NCBI GenBank assembly: GCA_965277415.1
Contig: CBDICS010000081.1
Location: forward strand, 85,213-117,212
DNA: 32,000 nucleotides
Direction of reading: 5' to 3'
Origin: Saprospiraceae bacterium
GTDB taxonomy: Bacteria; Bacteroidota; Bacteroidia; Chitinophagales; Saprospiraceae
Shown here: positions 8,287-17,351 of the stretch, one piece after another
Position numbering within the stretch: the first letter of the stretch is position 1
Layout: the number at the start of each line of letters is the position of its first letter
Program-made: the position numbers and the translations under genes
The notes under the pieces: generated by a model
Told to the model about the DNA's origin: nothing
What the model saw: only the letters and a program-made list of their open reading frames with translations
Databases searched by the model: none

Positions 8287-9521
8287 TGAAAAACTTCTTT
8301 TATAAAATTAATGATTTTTGTAGTAGCGCCTTGATTTTTTTGAATATAAGCAAGTGCTATAGTAGCGCTTTTATTATAAAAAGTATCCTCTTGTAATTGA
8401 TTGACAATATGTTGAAAGTCTGTACTAGATTTAATTGAAAAACCAGCTCCTTGTTCAATTAGAGAATTGGCTTCTTCAAATTTCTGATATCGTGGACCAA
8501 AAATAAGCGGTAATCCAAAGGCTGCCGGTTCGAGTATATTATGCAAACCTTTTCCGAAAGCGCCACCAATATAAGCGAGTTTTCCATATTGATAAATAGC
8601 CGAAAGTTTTCCAATATTGTCTATGATCAACAAATCATAATCTCTCAGTTGATTATTGGCCGCTTCGGAATAGCGTATAGAAGTAAGTTGAAATTGGTTT
8701 TCTATGGATTTAATTCGAGCTATACTAATATCATGAGAAGCAATTATATAACGATATTTTTGAGGATGGGCATTGATATAAGGACTAATAATGGCCTCAT
8801 CTTCGGGCCAAGTACTACCAAAAATAAATACTGGTCGATTGTCAATAAATTGTTCGACAATAGTATCTCGTTTTTTCTCCGCAGCAATTTTTATTACCCG
8901 ATCTATTCGACTATCCCCGGCAATTGAAGTATTTGAAATGCCATGTTGATGTAGGACTTCCTCAGAACTTTTATTTTGTACAAAAATATGATCTATCTTT
9001 TTAAGAACTGGTTTGAAAAATCGACCAAAAAATTTGAAATAGAATTGATCTTTTCGAAATAAAGCAGATATTAATAAGATAGGTGTTTTTATTTTTTGAA
9101 GCTCATTTAAATAATGATACCAAAGGTCGTACTTTATAAAAATAGCTAATTGAGGATTGACAGTTTTTATAAACTGTTGTGCGTGGCGCTTCGAGTCCAT
9201 TGGCAGGTAACAAATATGATCTGCCAGGGCATAATTCTTTCGAATTTCATATCCAGAAGGAGAAAAGAAACTCAATAAGATTTTGTACTGAGGAAATACT
9301 TTTTTTAATTGCTCAATGATTGGACGACCTTGCTCAAATTCGCCTAAAGAGGCGGTATGTATCCAGATGATTTTGTCAGTATCCTGAAATCCAAGATGCT
9401 CTAAGTCTTCAAAAACCGTTTTTCGACCATCTATCCATAGTTTTGCCTTATTAGAAAAGAAAGCAGCAATATGAATAGCAATTACATAAAACTGAAGTGC
9501 AAGATTATAAAGCAATAGCAT
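8283..9521 (-). CDS. waaA: 3-deoxy-D-manno-octulosonic acid (Kdo) transferase
   Basis: 412 aa. N-terminal membrane helix, then the hallmark WIHTASLGEFEQGRPIIEQLKK. GT-B C-terminal half with GGAFGKGLHNILEPAAFGLPLIFGP. Confidence 0.9.
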   Translation of the reverse strand: MLLLYNLALQFYVIAIHIAAFFSNKAKLWIDGRKTVFEDLEHLGFQDTDKIIWIHTASLGEFEQGRPIIEQLKKVFPQYKILLSFFSPSGYEIRKNYALADHICYLPMDSKRHAQQFIKTVNPQLAIFIKYDLWYHYLNELQKIKTPILLISALFRKDQFYFKFFGRFFKPVLKKIDHIFVQNKSSEEVLHQHGISNTSIAGDSRIDRVIKIAAEKKRDTIVEQFIDNRPVFIFGSTWPEDEAIISPYINAHPQKYRYIIASHDISIARIKSIENQFQLTSIRYSEAANNQLRDYDLLIIDNIGKLSAIYQYGKLAYIGGAFGKGLHNILEPAAFGLPLIFGPRYQKFEEANSLIEQGAGFSIKSSTDFQHIVNQLQEDTFYNKSATIALAYIQKNQGATTKIINFIKEVFQ

Positions 9522-9525
9522 ATCG

Positions 9526-9533
9526 CAAATGTA
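9526..9533 (-). promoter_or_regulatory. Candidate -7 box TACATTTG (TAnnTTTG) immediately upstream of waaA; would give a leaderless or very short-leader mRNA
   Basis: Plus-strand CAAATGTA at 9526-9533, 5 nt from the waaA ATG (9521). No good -33 element seen. Confidence 0.25.
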
Positions 9534-9691
9534 GGAAAATTATCAAGATGAAATTAAATCCGTCTAATAACTTAGTTATCTAATCGTTCAATTAAAACGA
9601 AAATAGATGTCAAGATTTTGTAGGGATATTAAACGCAGCGTTTCCCAAGCGAAGCGATCACTAAGCCACCAGTTTAGAAGGAGCGATAATC

Positions 9692-10441
9692 TCAATAATA
9701 TATTTCGTCTCCCTTCTCCCCAAGAAAGAAAGGAAGAATCCAACCTACCTTAAATCCAGCTAATACATCAAAACGATTGCTTTCATCAGCTGACATGGTA
9801 TCGTAATTATAACTTCTCCGACTTCGAGTAAAAGCTTCAGTAAATTCAAAACCTGCATAACAATTAATCAGGCGATTTCTAGACATATGGTGATATCCTA
9901 TGAATTGTTTAATCGCAAGTCCATTACTCAATCGGTCAAAACCTTTTTTATATTCTCCAGCCAAAATGGGTACGAAAGATTCGGGATCATCTTGTATCCT
10001 GATTTTGTGTTGTAAGAGTCCCACACCCAATTCTACTTTAATTCCAGATCTTTTGTTCTTTTTTAAAATGGGAAAAAGTCGTCCTATAGAACCTCCAAAA
10101 TAAAAGCCCCTTTCACGTAAGGCAAATTGTGATTGACTTCCATTATTACCAATAATGAGGCTATCTATATCTCTAAGTGCAAAAAGCGGATCTTCCTTAA
10201 CTACTCTTCCAAATATAAAGAATCCTTCAAGGCTAATGGACCAATTGGATTCAAGAAGATATTCCATTTTTATACCTAATCCAGTACTAGAACCAAAACG
10301 ATCCTTTAAATCTGCCCCTGTCGTCTGAAATCCATATTCAAAACCCACATTTAATACCGGGACTTCATTACTTCGTTCTATTTGACCAATTGTCAAAATA
10401 GGAAGTGACATTAATAAAAAGCACAAAAAAACGTTTTTCAT
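9692..10441 (-). CDS. Putative outer-membrane beta-barrel protein, function unknown
   Basis: Signal peptide MKNVFLCFLLMSLPILTIGQ. I prefer the start at 10441 over the track's 10498. Alternating hydrophobic beta-strand pattern throughout, with an aromatic C-terminus (...DEIYY). No family recognised. Confidence 0.6.
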   Translation of the reverse strand: MKNVFLCFLLMSLPILTIGQIERSNEVPVLNVGFEYGFQTTGADLKDRFGSSTGLGIKMEYLLESNWSISLEGFFIFGRVVKEDPLFALRDIDSLIIGNNGSQSQFALRERGFYFGGSIGRLFPILKKNKRSGIKVELGVGLLQHKIRIQDDPESFVPILAGEYKKGFDRLSNGLAIKQFIGYHHMSRNRLINCYAGFEFTEAFTRSRRSYNYDTMSADESNRFDVLAGFKVGWILPFFLGEKGDEIYY

Positions 10442-10888
10442 AAGTATATTTTTAAATTTCCTTATCCCATTAACGCAAAGAACGAGATAAACGGCCACTT
10501 TGACAAATACTTAAGGTAGTAAAAGTCAGGTTTGTATAGAACTTGTTCGAAGTATAATCTTTACCTTCGTAGCTACATTGGAGGTATTTGCACTTTTGAA
10601 ACTAAAACCCATATTTATTGCTACTCAACTTGATACTTTTGATATAAATAAGCGTCTTATTGATTGAGGATTATTGAAAAAAAATGGATCATCTCTTAGC
10701 TCATCAAAAAATGGTAGTTTTCATTTAGAGCAACTTAATAGAGATTCTAACGTATTAATACCCATAGAAACTTAGCCATGTTACGCACCTTTATGATCAA
10801 TTTACCTTAAGGTTGCAAGAAATATTATAAACCCTTTGCGAAGTACAAGAATAGCTTCCATTTATATTTATACTGAAAAAATATTAAG

Positions 10889-11842
10889 ATGAAAAGAATT
10901 TTAATTACCGGTGCTGCCGGATTTCTAGGATCACACCTTTGTGATCGTTTTATTAAAGAAGGATACCATGTAATCGGAATGGACAACCTGATTACTGGAG
11001 ATATGAATAACATTGAACATCTTTTCCCATTAAAAGAATTCGAATTTCATCACCATGATGTTTCTAATTTTGTACATGTAGCAGGGGAATTAGATTATAT
11101 ACTACATTTTGCTTCTCCAGCAAGTCCGATTGATTATTTACAGATGCCAATTCAGACGATGAAAGTGGGCGCTCTGGGAACACATAATCTATTAGGTCTG
11201 GCAAAAGAGAAAAAAGCAAGAATGTTGATTGCTTCGACTTCAGAAGTATATGGTGATCCACTTATTCACCCTCAGGTAGAAGAATACTGGGGTAATGTGA
11301 ACCCTATAGGTCCTCGTGGTGTATACGATGAAGCAAAAAGGTTTCAGGAAGCGATAACGATGGCTTACCACAATTATCATGGCCTAGAAACGCGAATTAT
11401 CAGAATATTTAATACTTATGGCCCTCGAATGCGTGTCAATGATGGTCGGGTATTACCCGCATTCTTTTCACAAGCTATTAGAGGCGAAGGATTGACCGTT
11501 TTTGGTGACGGATCACAAACACGTTCTTTTTGCTATGTAGATGATTTGGTTGAAGGTATCTACAAACTATTGCATAGTGATTATCATTTGCCAGTCAATA
11601 TTGGGAATCCAGCAGAGGTAACGATTAAGGAATTTGGAGAAGAGGTATTAGAACTTGTTGGCAATCCAAAAGCAAAATTAATTTATAAAGAATTGCCTGA
11701 AGATGATCCTAAAAAACGTAGACCGAATATAAGTAAAGCCAAAGAAATATTGGGCTGGGAACCGAAAGTCACTAGAGCCGAAGGTCTTAAAAGAACTTTT
11801 GAATACTTTAAAGAAGTAGTGAAAGTAGATCAACTCGCATAG
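10889..11842 (+). CDS. uxs: UDP-glucuronate decarboxylase (UDP-xylose synthase), extended SDR
   Basis: 317 aa. [34 protein letters not shown], catalytic YDEAKR, and [18 protein letters not shown] are all typical of UXS/ArnA-C-terminal-like decarboxylases. Confidence 0.85.
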   Translation: MKRILITGAAGFLGSHLCDRFIKEGYHVIGMDNLITGDMNNIEHLFPLKEFEFHHHDVSNFVHVAGELDYILHFASPASPIDYLQMPIQTMKVGALGTHNLLGLAKEKKARMLIASTSEVYGDPLIHPQVEEYWGNVNPIGPRGVYDEAKRFQEAITMAYHNYHGLETRIIRIFNTYGPRMRVNDGRVLPAFFSQAIRGEGLTVFGDGSQTRSFCYVDDLVEGIYKLLHSDYHLPVNIGNPAEVTIKEFGEEVLELVGNPKAKLIYKELPEDDPKKRRPNISKAKEILGWEPKVTRAEGLKRTFEYFKEVVKVDQLA

Positions 11843-11844
11843 AG

Positions 11845-11970
11845 AATCAGAAGGACAGAGTAGTCAGGTAAGTCAGAGAGGTCAAAGTATTCAAAGGTCT
11901 TCTACATTCCTGACCACCTGACCACCTGACCACTCTGACTACCCTGACCACTCTGACTTTCTGACCACCT
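11845..11970. repeat. Composite imperfect palindrome made of degenerate 8-9-nt tandem repeats (right arm 7 x CTGACCAC-like units, left arm their complement)
   Basis: Right arm 11909-11970: CCTGACCAC CTGACCAC CTGACCACT CTGACTACC CTGACCACT CTGACTTT CTGACCACC. Left arm 11845-11899: AATCAGAAGGACAGAGTAGTCAGGTAAGTCAGAGAGGTCAAAGTATTCAAAGGTC. The left arm aligns with the reverse complement of the right arm over ~50 nt at roughly 80 percent. Loop ~11900-11908. Confidence 0.85.
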
Positions 11971-12003
11971 AAAAAACATATCCCTAATATCATAAATATA
12001 AAA

Positions 12004-13056
12004 ATGAAACAGACAATACTAATAACTGGCGGTGCAGGATTTATTGGATCGCATTTGGTTCGATTGTTAGTCAATAAATATCCAGATTATCATATTGTAA
12101 ATCTAGACTTATTAACTTATGCTGGTAATTTGGAAAACCTAAAAGATATAGAACAAAAACCGAATTATACCTTCATAAAAGGAGATATAGTAGATGGTGA
12201 TTTTTTAGATCGACTTTTTGAACAGTATAATTTTGATGGCGTCATTCATTTAGCTGCGGAATCTCATGTAGATCGATCTATTGAGGATCCGATTGCATTC
12301 ATTAAAACCAATATTCTTGGGACGATGAATTTGCTAAATGCAGCGCGTCATAATTGGTCAAGTTTTGAAGGTAAACGCTTCTATCATGTTTCGACTGATG
12401 AGGTGTATGGGACACTAGGAGAAACAGGGTTGTTTACAGAAGAGACTTCCTATGACCCTCGATCCCCATACTCTGCTTCCAAAGCAAGCTCAGATCATTT
12501 GGTAAGGGCTTTCTACCATACTTATAATATGCCTATTGTCATTTCGAATTGTTCGAATAATTATGGCCCTTATCAATTCCCTGAAAAACTATTACCACTT
12601 TTTATTAATAATATAAAAAATAATAAACCATTGCCGGTTTATGGTGATGGTAAATATACCCGAGATTGGTTGTGGGTAGGAGATCATGCTACTGCCATAG
12701 ATTTAATCTATGAAAAAGGTAGGATAGGAGAGACGTACAATATTGGAGGTAATAATGAATGGAAGAATATTGATCTCATTAACGATCTCTGCGATGTAAT
12801 GGATGACTTATTAGGTCGAGAAGAAGGATCTTCTAAAGAATTGATCACTTATGTGAAAGATCGTGCTGGGCATGATCGTCGATATGCGATAGACGCTTCA
12901 AAACTTATGAATGAACTAGGATGGGAACCAACGGTATTTGCTAAAGAAGGCTTGAGAAAAACAGCCGAATGGTATCTAGCCAATGAAGGATGGATGAATA
13001 ATGTAACCAGTGGAGATTATCAAAGGTACTATGAATCAATGTACGCTGAAAGATAA
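12004..13056 (+). CDS. rfbB: dTDP-glucose 4,6-dehydratase
   Basis: 350 aa. ILITGGAGFIGSHLVRLL, HLAAESHVDRSI, YSASKASSDHLVRAFYHTY and NCSNNYGPYQFPEKL are canonical RmlB motifs. Confidence 0.92.
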   Translation: MKQTILITGGAGFIGSHLVRLLVNKYPDYHIVNLDLLTYAGNLENLKDIEQKPNYTFIKGDIVDGDFLDRLFEQYNFDGVIHLAAESHVDRSIEDPIAFIKTNILGTMNLLNAARHNWSSFEGKRFYHVSTDEVYGTLGETGLFTEETSYDPRSPYSASKASSDHLVRAFYHTYNMPIVISNCSNNYGPYQFPEKLLPLFINNIKNNKPLPVYGDGKYTRDWLWVGDHATAIDLIYEKGRIGETYNIGGNNEWKNIDLINDLCDVMDDLLGREEGSSKELITYVKDRAGHDRRYAIDASKLMNELGWEPTVFAKEGLRKTAEWYLANEGWMNNVTSGDYQRYYESMYAER

Positions 13057-13068
13057 GAGTTGAAATTC

Positions 13069-13113
13069 ATGAGGCTTATATAATTTTAGCTTGCTAAACT
13101 ATATAAGCCTCAT
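13069..13113. terminator. Bidirectional terminator hairpin between convergent rfbB and pgk
   Basis: Perfect 14-bp inverted repeat ATGAGGCTTATATA (13069-13082) / TATATAAGCCTCAT (13100-13113) with a 17-nt loop, located between the stop codons at 13056 and 13132. Confidence 0.65.
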
Positions 13114-13131
13114 AACTATAAATTTTACGGC

Positions 13132-14331
13132 TTATTTTATCGCAGCAATACCAGGTAGCTCTTTTCCCTCAAGAAATTCCAGCATCGCTCCACCACCTGT
13201 CGAAACGTAACTCACTTTATCCGCTAATCCCATTTGATTTACAGCGGCAACAGAATCACCACCACCAACAAGAGAAAAAGCCCCCTTACTAGTCGCTTTG
13301 GCAACTGCTTTAGCAATTGTCATAGTTCCTTTGGCAAAGGGTTTCATTTCAAAGACACCCATTGGACCATTCCAAAGTAAGGTTTTTGATTTTAATACAA
13401 CAGCTGTAAAATCTTTTTGGGCAGCCGTTCCAATATCCAAGCCCATCCAGCCTTTAGGAATTCGTTTACTATATTTATTTGCTTTATTTGCCTTTGCATC
13501 AAAATTGTCTGCTGTGGTAGAATCCTTGGGCAGAAATATTTTTACCCCTTTCTTCTCCGCTTTTGCTAATAATCGAAGCGCAAGTTTAAGCCGATCTTCT
13601 TCTACTAAAGAATTACCAACCTTGCCCCCCTGTGCTTTAAGAAAAGTGTAAGCCATGCCGCCGCCAATAAGAATATTATCAGCAAAATCGATCAATTTTT
13701 CCAATAAAAGGATTTTATCAGAAACCTTAGCACCTCCAATAATTGCAGTCAATGGTCGCTCAGGATTGTTCAATACTTTTTCAGCATTTTCAATTTCTTT
13801 TTGCATCAAAAAACCAAAAGACTTGGTACCTGCTTTAAAGAAAGAAGCTACAGTTGTTGTAGAGGCATGTGCCCGATGTGCTGTTCCAAAAGCGTCATTG
13901 ACATAGAAATGTGCTAAGGCAGCAAGTTTTTTTGCAAAAGCTTCATCTCCTTTAGCCTCTTCTTTTTGAAAGCGTGTATTTTCCAAAATTAATACTTCAC
14001 CCGATTTCAATGCTTTAGCCATTTTAGTCGCAGTTTTTCCAACGGTCTCCGGACAAAACTGTACTTTTTTTCTAAGCAATTTACCTACATGTTTTACGAC
14101 ATGCTCAAGTGTAAATTTCTTTACATTGATAGTCCCATCTTCATTGAGTTTTTTTTGTGGACGCCCGAGATGAGACATTAGGATAACGGATCCACCTCCT
14201 TTTAGAATATATTTAATTGTGGGTAAAGCAGCACGTATACGAGTGTCATCAGTAATTTTGTACTTCTCGTCAAGTGGTACATTAAAGTCAACCCGAACAA
14301 GTGCTTTTTTTCCTTTAAAATTAAGATCCAT
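13132..14331 (-). CDS. pgk: Phosphoglycerate kinase
   Basis: 399 aa. KKALVRVDFNVPL, ILMSHLGRP, AIIGGAKVSDKI and STGGGAMLEFLEGKELPG are canonical. Confidence 0.95.
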   Translation of the reverse strand: MDLNFKGKKALVRVDFNVPLDEKYKITDDTRIRAALPTIKYILKGGGSVILMSHLGRPQKKLNEDGTINVKKFTLEHVVKHVGKLLRKKVQFCPETVGKTATKMAKALKSGEVLILENTRFQKEEAKGDEAFAKKLAALAHFYVNDAFGTAHRAHASTTTVASFFKAGTKSFGFLMQKEIENAEKVLNNPERPLTAIIGGAKVSDKILLLEKLIDFADNILIGGGMAYTFLKAQGGKVGNSLVEEDRLKLALRLLAKAEKKGVKIFLPKDSTTADNFDAKANKANKYSKRIPKGWMGLDIGTAAQKDFTAVVLKSKTLLWNGPMGVFEMKPFAKGTMTIAKAVAKATSKGAFSLVGGGDSVAAVNQMGLADKVSYVSTGGGAMLEFLEGKELPGIAAIK

Positions 14332-14349
14332 ATTACTTTACTGCTTTCT

Positions 14350-14442
14350 GAAGTTGTTTTAAAATGGAGGTTGAGATTGATTGTAAATCATCTTTTTATT
14401 TTAAAACAACCTCTCTTATTATAAAAAGAAGTTGTTTTAAAA
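14350..14442 (-). repeat. gap-pgk intergenic repeats able to form mutually exclusive hairpins
   Basis: 15-nt direct repeat GAAGTTGTTTTAAAA at 14350-14364 and 14428-14442. Inverted copy TTTTAAAACAACCTC at 14399-14413, which can also pair with GAGGTTG at 14367-14373. Confidence 0.5.
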
Positions 14443-14515
14443 ATAAAATTCTCTTTCGAATGGTTCTTCAATGACTATTGCCAATTCAGAACAACTATAT
14501 TTCTAAATATCGGAT

Positions 14516-15547
14516 TTACTTTTTCTTAGCGCTTCCTTTTTTTACTGGTCCAAGGTTAGCTACTTTTCGGCACATATCTGCTAATCGAGCAGAATAACCA
14601 GCTTCATTATCATACCAGCTAACAACTTTAATCATTTTGCCTGCAACCTGAGTCAATTGGCTATCAAAGATAGAAGAGTGAGGATTTCCAACAATATCAG
14701 AAGAAACGAGAGGCACATCAGCATATTCTAAGACACCTTTTAATTTTCTTCGAGAAGCAACTTCGAATTTTTTGTTTACTTCTTCTACTGTGACCTCTTT
14801 ATCAACTATTACATTTAATTCTACTAATGAACCTGTAATCACAGGAACTCGGATAGCCATTGCAAACATTTTACCTTTTACACTTGGATATACTTTTCCT
14901 ACCGCACTAGCAGCACCAGTCGTAGTTGGAACCATATTAAAAGCTGCCGCTCTAGCTCTACGAAGGTCACTATGAGGTGCATCCTGAATTCTTTGATCAG
15001 ATGTATAAGCATGAGTCGTTGTCATAGATGCTTGCTCAAAACCCCAGTTCTCATCGATTACTTTTACAAGAGGCGCTAGACAGTTTGTTGTACAAGATGC
15101 ATTAGAAAAAATCTTATTAGAAGCATCTAGTTCACTATCATTAACACCAAGTACGATAGTCTGAATACCATCGTCTTTAGCAGGAGCAGAAATGACTACT
15201 TTTTTGGCACCAGCAGTAAGGTGCATCCCTGCTTTGTCCATTGTTCTAAAAAGACCAGTACATTCTAAGACAACATCAATTTTTAATTTCTTCCAAGGGA
15301 GTTGCGATGGATCACGTTGAGTCAATGCTACGATTTTCTTATTTCCTATTTGGATATATTTATCTGTTGCTACTACTTTAGCAGGATGTGTTCCTTGAGC
15401 AGAGTCATATTTAAATAGATGAGCTAGGGTATTATTATCTGTAAGGTCATTGATCGCAACGACTTCAACATCTTTGCTTTTAAGTAACTTTCGTAAAGTT
15501 AGTCTTCCGATTCGACCAAAACCATTAATTGCAATTCTTTTTGCCAT
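14516..15547 (-). CDS. gap: Type I glyceraldehyde-3-phosphate dehydrogenase
   Basis: 343 aa. INGFGRIGR and the active-site SNASCTTNCLAP, plus WYDNE. Lys-rich C-terminal tail (KKGSAKKK). Confidence 0.95.
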   Translation of the reverse strand: MAKRIAINGFGRIGRLTLRKLLKSKDVEVVAINDLTDNNTLAHLFKYDSAQGTHPAKVVATDKYIQIGNKKIVALTQRDPSQLPWKKLKIDVVLECTGLFRTMDKAGMHLTAGAKKVVISAPAKDDGIQTIVLGVNDSELDASNKIFSNASCTTNCLAPLVKVIDENWGFEQASMTTTHAYTSDQRIQDAPHSDLRRARAAAFNMVPTTTGAASAVGKVYPSVKGKMFAMAIRVPVITGSLVELNVIVDKEVTVEEVNKKFEVASRRKLKGVLEYADVPLVSSDIVGNPHSSIFDSQLTQVAGKMIKVVSWYDNEAGYSARLADMCRKVANLGPVKKGSAKKK

Positions 15548-15980
15548 GTTAGGTAGAAATTATTGAGTTTTAAAATTTAGTTTAAATCTGTTCTTAATTA
15601 ATAAAGCACACAAACATATAAATTGTTGTTGAAATATAATACTTCATTAAATTAAGTTTTTATTAATACTTAGTGTAAAAGTAACAATAATTATTTGAAT
15701 ATACCAAATTTTTCACTATCACAAGCTCCAAACAGGATAGCATTCTATTATATTTAGAGCAATACAGAAGTATTTTATTCTAATAATAATTTTTTTTAGA
15801 AAAAAGATGGCTCCATATTTCTTATTTACTAGAAAGGATGTATATTTGCCTTGCTTTTGGAAAAAAGGATGCTAAATGAAGCATTTTTAAAGCAAAAAAA
15901 TAGCTTCGGTTCACCCTGTTAACGAACTCGGGAAACCATTTAAGTGTGAGTTTTGGTTTACTAAGATTCACACCTAAATT

Positions 15981-16052
15981 GGCCCGTTCGTCTAACGGTT
16001 AGGACGCCAGGTTTTCATCCTGGTAATAGGGGTTCGATTCCCCTACGGGCTG
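15981..16052 (+). tRNA. tRNA-Glu (anticodon UUC)
   Basis: Hand-folded cloverleaf, 72 nt. Acceptor GGCCCGT/ACGGGCT, D-stem GTCT/GGAC, anticodon stem CCAGG/CCTGG with loop TTTTCAT (TTC at 34-36), 4-nt variable loop, T-stem AGGGG/CCCCT with loop TTCGATT, discriminator G. CCA is not encoded. Confidence 0.9.
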
Positions 16053-16062
16053 CTTAGATAAG

Positions 16063-16100
16063 CCGTAATAGATTGCTAGTCAATCTGTTGCGGTTTTTTT
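16063..16100 (+). terminator. Rho-independent terminator after tRNA-Glu
   Basis: 13-bp stem CCGTAATAGATTG (16063-16075) / CAATCTGTTGCGG (16081-16093) including two G-U pairs, loop CTAGT, followed by TTTTTTT (16094-16100). Confidence 0.75.
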
Positions 16101-16271
16101 ATGCAATAAGTTCAACCTTCCAAAATGAACGCAGCAATTCCCTAGATTTCTCCTGCCATCAAATCCATGACAATTTTCGATATCCAAGAAATTTATTTTT
16201 AATCTTTCAAAAAACTAAAATAGACTTAGAAACTATTTTTACCTTGCTATTATCTTTAAACTTTACAGTCA

Positions 16272-17306
16272 ATGAGTTTTAAAAAAATTGGTATTGGTAT
16301 CATCGGCACAGGCTCAATTGCTGGACATCATCTTAAAAGTGTTCAAGAATTAAATAATTGTGAAATCATTGCAATGGCCAGCTCGTCAGAAGAGAGGGCA
16401 GTAAAAGCCGCTGAAGTATTTGGTGTAAAAGTCTACAGTAGCTACAAAAAGCTATTAAAAAATAAAGCAATTGATGCCGTGATTATTTGTACGCATAGTG
16501 GCAATCATTTAGAACCGACTCTGGCTGCTGCTAAAATGGGAAAGCATATACTAGTGGAAAAACCAATAGAAATAAGCGTTAAAAGAGCCAATAAAATGAT
16601 TGCTGCATGTGAAAAAGCTGGGGTGAAATTAAGCGTGATTTTCCAAAACCGGTTTAGTTCCGATTATATAAAATTAAAAAGAGCGGTACTTGCAGGGCAA
16701 TTAGGAAAATTGATATTAGGGAATGCATATATCAAATGGTTTCGGCCAACCAGTTATTATAAGTCAAGTAATTGGAAAGGAACGATTAAAGGCGATGGAG
16801 GTGCCGCTTTAATCAATCAAGGTATTCACACTATTGATTTATTGCTTGATATCATGGGTGAAGTGGAAAGTGTCTTTGGCAAAGTCCGAACGGTAAAACA
16901 TAAAATTGAAGGCGAAGATTTAGGCCTGGCTTTATTGACTTTTAAAAATGGAGCTTTAGGAACGATTGAAGGAAGTACGGCCATCACGCCTGGCTATCCT
17001 GAACGATTAGAAATTTTTGGTACAAAAGGGAGTATCATTTTGGAGGCAGGAAAAATTATAGTGTGGGACATTATAGGTGAAGATGCTAAGGATGCTATTT
17101 CAAAAAAAGAAAATAAGTCTGGTTCATCGGATCCAATGGCGATAAATTATGCTTTGCATAAAGCCCAAATTTCAGATTTTGTAAGGGCCATTAAAAAAGA
17201 TAAAACACCTTTAGTGGATGGGCTAGAAGGCTTGAAATCTCTATCGCTCATAAAAGGGATTTATAAATCAGATAAGCGAGGAAAAGAAATAAGATTCAAT
17301 CATTGA
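16272..17306 (+). CDS. Gfo/Idh/MocA family NAD(P)-dependent oxidoreductase
   Basis: 344 aa. N-terminal Rossmann IGIIGTGSIAGHH, and the family EKP motif in GKHILVEKPIE. Confidence 0.85.
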   Translation: MSFKKIGIGIIGTGSIAGHHLKSVQELNNCEIIAMASSSEERAVKAAEVFGVKVYSSYKKLLKNKAIDAVIICTHSGNHLEPTLAAAKMGKHILVEKPIEISVKRANKMIAACEKAGVKLSVIFQNRFSSDYIKLKRAVLAGQLGKLILGNAYIKWFRPTSYYKSSNWKGTIKGDGGAALINQGIHTIDLLLDIMGEVESVFGKVRTVKHKIEGEDLGLALLTFKNGALGTIEGSTAITPGYPERLEIFGTKGSIILEAGKIIVWDIIGEDAKDAISKKENKSGSSDPMAINYALHKAQISDFVRAIKKDKTPLVDGLEGLKSLSLIKGIYKSDKRGKEIRFNH

Positions 17307-17351
17307 CAATCTTAAGGATTGTATATCCTTTTTGTCAAAAAACATAAATTG

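Noticed and set aside
9692-10441. Outer-membrane protein next to waaA as a PagL-like lipid A deacylase (H-x-S in GYHHMSRN)
   Set aside because: The idea rests on a three-residue pattern and genomic context only, and I cannot align the rest to PagL from memory. Left as a generic beta-barrel protein. An HMM search against PF09411 would settle it.
10825-11261. Short minus-strand ORFs (62 and 65 aa) overlapping the uxs start region
   Set aside because: Both lie antisense to the conserved N-terminal Rossmann region of uxs and have no support beyond being open.
11909-11970. Possible CRISPR array (also considered for 26266-26292 and 30918-30952)
   Set aside because: The repeat periods are 7-9 nt with no unique spacers between units and no cas genes in the window. 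These are simple tandem repeats, not CRISPRs.
11847-12074. 75-aa minus-strand ORF (…GGQKVRVVRVVRVVRWSGGQ…)
   Set aside because: It is the CTGACCAC tandem repeat translated, plus antisense of the rfbB 5' end. Low-complexity periodic peptide, no start context. Treated as an artefact of the repeat.
15548-15980. Possible promoter or ncRNA upstream of tRNA-Glu (TATATTTG at 15841-15848; small hairpins at 15865-15885 and 15944-15975)
   Set aside because: The box is ~130 nt from the mature tRNA 5' end and also lies in the divergent gap upstream region, so it cannot be assigned. The hairpins are short and AT-rich. No recognisable RNA family.
16073-16282. 69-aa plus-strand ORF between tRNA-Glu and the Gfo/Idh/MocA gene
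   Set aside because: It begins inside the tRNA terminator hairpin, has no motifs and an AT-rich low-information composition. More likely promoter or leader DNA of the downstream gene.
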